Of a stretch of DNA of 64,000 bases, positions 62,488-64,000 are shown piece after piece. Each line of letters starts with the position of its first letter. The first letter of the stretch is position 1. The position numbers and the translations under genes were made by a program. The stretch is taken from positions 127,598-191,597 of the forward strand of contig JAXLTR010000016.1 in assembly GCA_046329965.1 (NCBI GenBank), read 5' to 3'. The notes under the pieces were generated by a model, which ran no database searches, was not told where the DNA came from, and was given only the letters and a program-made list of their open reading frames with translations. The stretch comes from Bacteroidales bacterium (GTDB lineage Bacteria > Bacteroidota > Bacteroidia > Bacteroidales > NBLH01).

Positions 62488-63294
62488 ATGCTTAACAAAA
62501 TAAATCCTTATGTTATGAAAAGAAGAAAATTTATTACTACCGCAGCCCTTGGAGCTGCAGGACTTTCGACCGGATTTAAGGTAAAAGCCAGCCAAAATCA
62601 AAACACCGCTAATCAATTAATTGAATTCAGGGAATACCAGATGAAATTTGGTACTGACCATTCAATACTCGAAACCTATTTGAAAAATGCATTGATTCCG
62701 GCCCTCAATAAATATGGCATTGAAAAAGCAGGTGTTTTTCGCGAATACAGTAAAACTGAACCACCTAAAATATTCATGGTCACGCCTTTTCCTTCTTACG
62801 ATGAATACCCGGTAATTTTAAAAAAAGCTTATTCAGATAAAAATTTTTTAGCGGCGGCCGCAGCATACAATAGCACTCCACCTGCAAAAATTCCGTTTGA
62901 GCGCGTAAACACCTCTCTTTTAAATGCTTTTGACAGGCTTCCAAAAATTCAGATTCCTCAGCCCGGGGACAAACTTTTTGAATTAAGAATTTACGAAGGA
63001 CATAATGAAGATGCAGTTGCTAGAAAAGTAGGAATGTTTAATAAGGAAGAAATAGACCTGTTTTACAAAACAGGCTTTAAACCTGTCTATTTTGGGCAAA
63101 TGATAGCCGGTTTTCACACCCCTTGCCTGAATTACATGGTTTCATTTAAGGATATGGCTGAACGCGAGGCCATTTGGGCTAAATTTGTTGAAAGCCAGGA
63201 ATGGAAAACGATGAAAGACAAACCGGAATATGCCAATTCTGTTTCGAGTATCATACGAATATTTTTAGAACCCATGGAATATTCACAAATATAG
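62488..63294 (+). CDS. NIPSNAP family protein with twin-arginine signal peptide
   Basis: Likely start 62515: MKRRKFITTAA; two NIPSNAP-like domains (IEFREY; LFELRIYEGHNE). Confidence 0.85.
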   Translation: MLNKINPYVMKRRKFITTAALGAAGLSTGFKVKASQNQNTANQLIEFREYQMKFGTDHSILETYLKNALIPALNKYGIEKAGVFREYSKTEPPKIFMVTPFPSYDEYPVILKKAYSDKNFLAAAAAYNSTPPAKIPFERVNTSLLNAFDRLPKIQIPQPGDKLFELRIYEGHNEDAVARKVGMFNKEEIDLFYKTGFKPVYFGQMIAGFHTPCLNYMVSFKDMAEREAIWAKFVESQEWKTMKDKPEYANSVSSIIRIFLEPMEYSQI

Positions 63295-63540
63295 ACACTG
63301 TCTTTATTAATTTTTTGTTGAGGCAATTTTTTTTCATTTGATTCTTCTGAATTAAAATAATTTTGAAGGGTTGGATATTATTTTTTTGGGGTAATGCATA
63401 TTGAAGATGTTAATTTTTAATGGCTATCCGATGAATTTAACTTTTGGTGTTGAACCTTAGGAACAATCTTAACTTTAACTAAATTTTAGAAATAGGTAAT
63501 TTTCAATGAATTATTGTAGTTTTCAATCTTTTTTAATAAC

Positions 63541-64000
63541 ATGAAACTTAAACTTTGTCTGCTTACATATTTCTTTTTTTCTATATTAAATTTAATAGGA
63601 CAAATACCCGATTCCACCAACCTTCCATTGGTAGTTATTGATACAAAAGGACAGATCATAATCGAAGACAGTAAAATTACTGCTTCCATGAAAATAATAA
63701 GCAATGGGCCTCAGTTCATGAATCATCCCGGCGACAGCGGTAACAACTACAATGGTTTTATTGGAATAGAAATCCGTGGAAGGTATTCAGCCAGTCTGCC
63801 CCAAAAACCCTATGGGCTCGAAACACGCGATTCTGCTGGTAATAATTTGAATGTTAACCTTTTAGGTATGCCGAAAGAGAACGACTGGATTTTGCTGGCC
63901 AATTACAATGATAAATCGTTTGTAAGGAATGCCCTGGCGTTTAAATTATTCAGGCAAATGGGCCATTGGGCTCCACGGACAAGACTTTGCGAAGTGCTTA
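63541..64000 (+). CDS. CotH kinase family protein, N-terminal part (runs off the window; not in ORF track)
   Basis: Hand translation: MKLKLCLLTYFF...NLPLVVIDT...IGIEIRGRYSASLPQKPYGLETRD...LLGMPKENDWILLANYNDKSFVRN...WAPRTRLCEV. Confidence 0.88.
   Translation, partial: MKLKLCLLTYFFFSILNLIGQIPDSTNLPLVVIDTKGQIIIEDSKITASMKIISNGPQFMNHPGDSGNNYNGFIGIEIRGRYSASLPQKPYGLETRDSAGNNLNVNLLGMPKENDWILLANYNDKSFVRNALAFKLFRQMGHWAPRTRLCEVL

Noticed and set aside
63486-63704. 72-aa minus-strand ORF at window end
   Set aside because: Antisense to the CotH-family gene starting at 63541 on the plus strand

Overview
Chromosomal window from an AT-rich member of the Bacteroidota, probably Bacteroidales/Marinilabiliales-like. 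Support for this: recurrent TAnnTTTG promoter boxes, a Bacteroidota-length SecA and a T9SS-type C-terminal sorting domain. It is mostly housekeeping genes (secA, dapA, gyrB, argS, pyk, pepT, DPP-IV, M16 protease), envelope and transport genes, two Cache-domain sensors, and an amino-sugar cluster (nagB, DUF4954, DUF1080, MFS, NahK-like kinase, NIPSNAP). I saw no rRNA, tRNA, CRISPR array, integrase or transposase. The most unusual items are: (1) a stand-alone QueF-fold protein lacking the catalytic cysteine; (2) a small AT-rich island with an orphan RHS C-terminal toxin fragment, a lipoprotein immunity gene and a DUF4160/DUF2442 pair, where the fragment is joined to what looks like a foreign promoter/leader; (3) a candidate sRNA of about 85 nt upstream of argS; (4) a possible GlcNAc salvage route built on DUF4954 plus an anomeric kinase; (5) a gluzincin/propeller/beta-barrel outer-membrane protein. 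Family assignments come from motif recognition by eye, not database searches.
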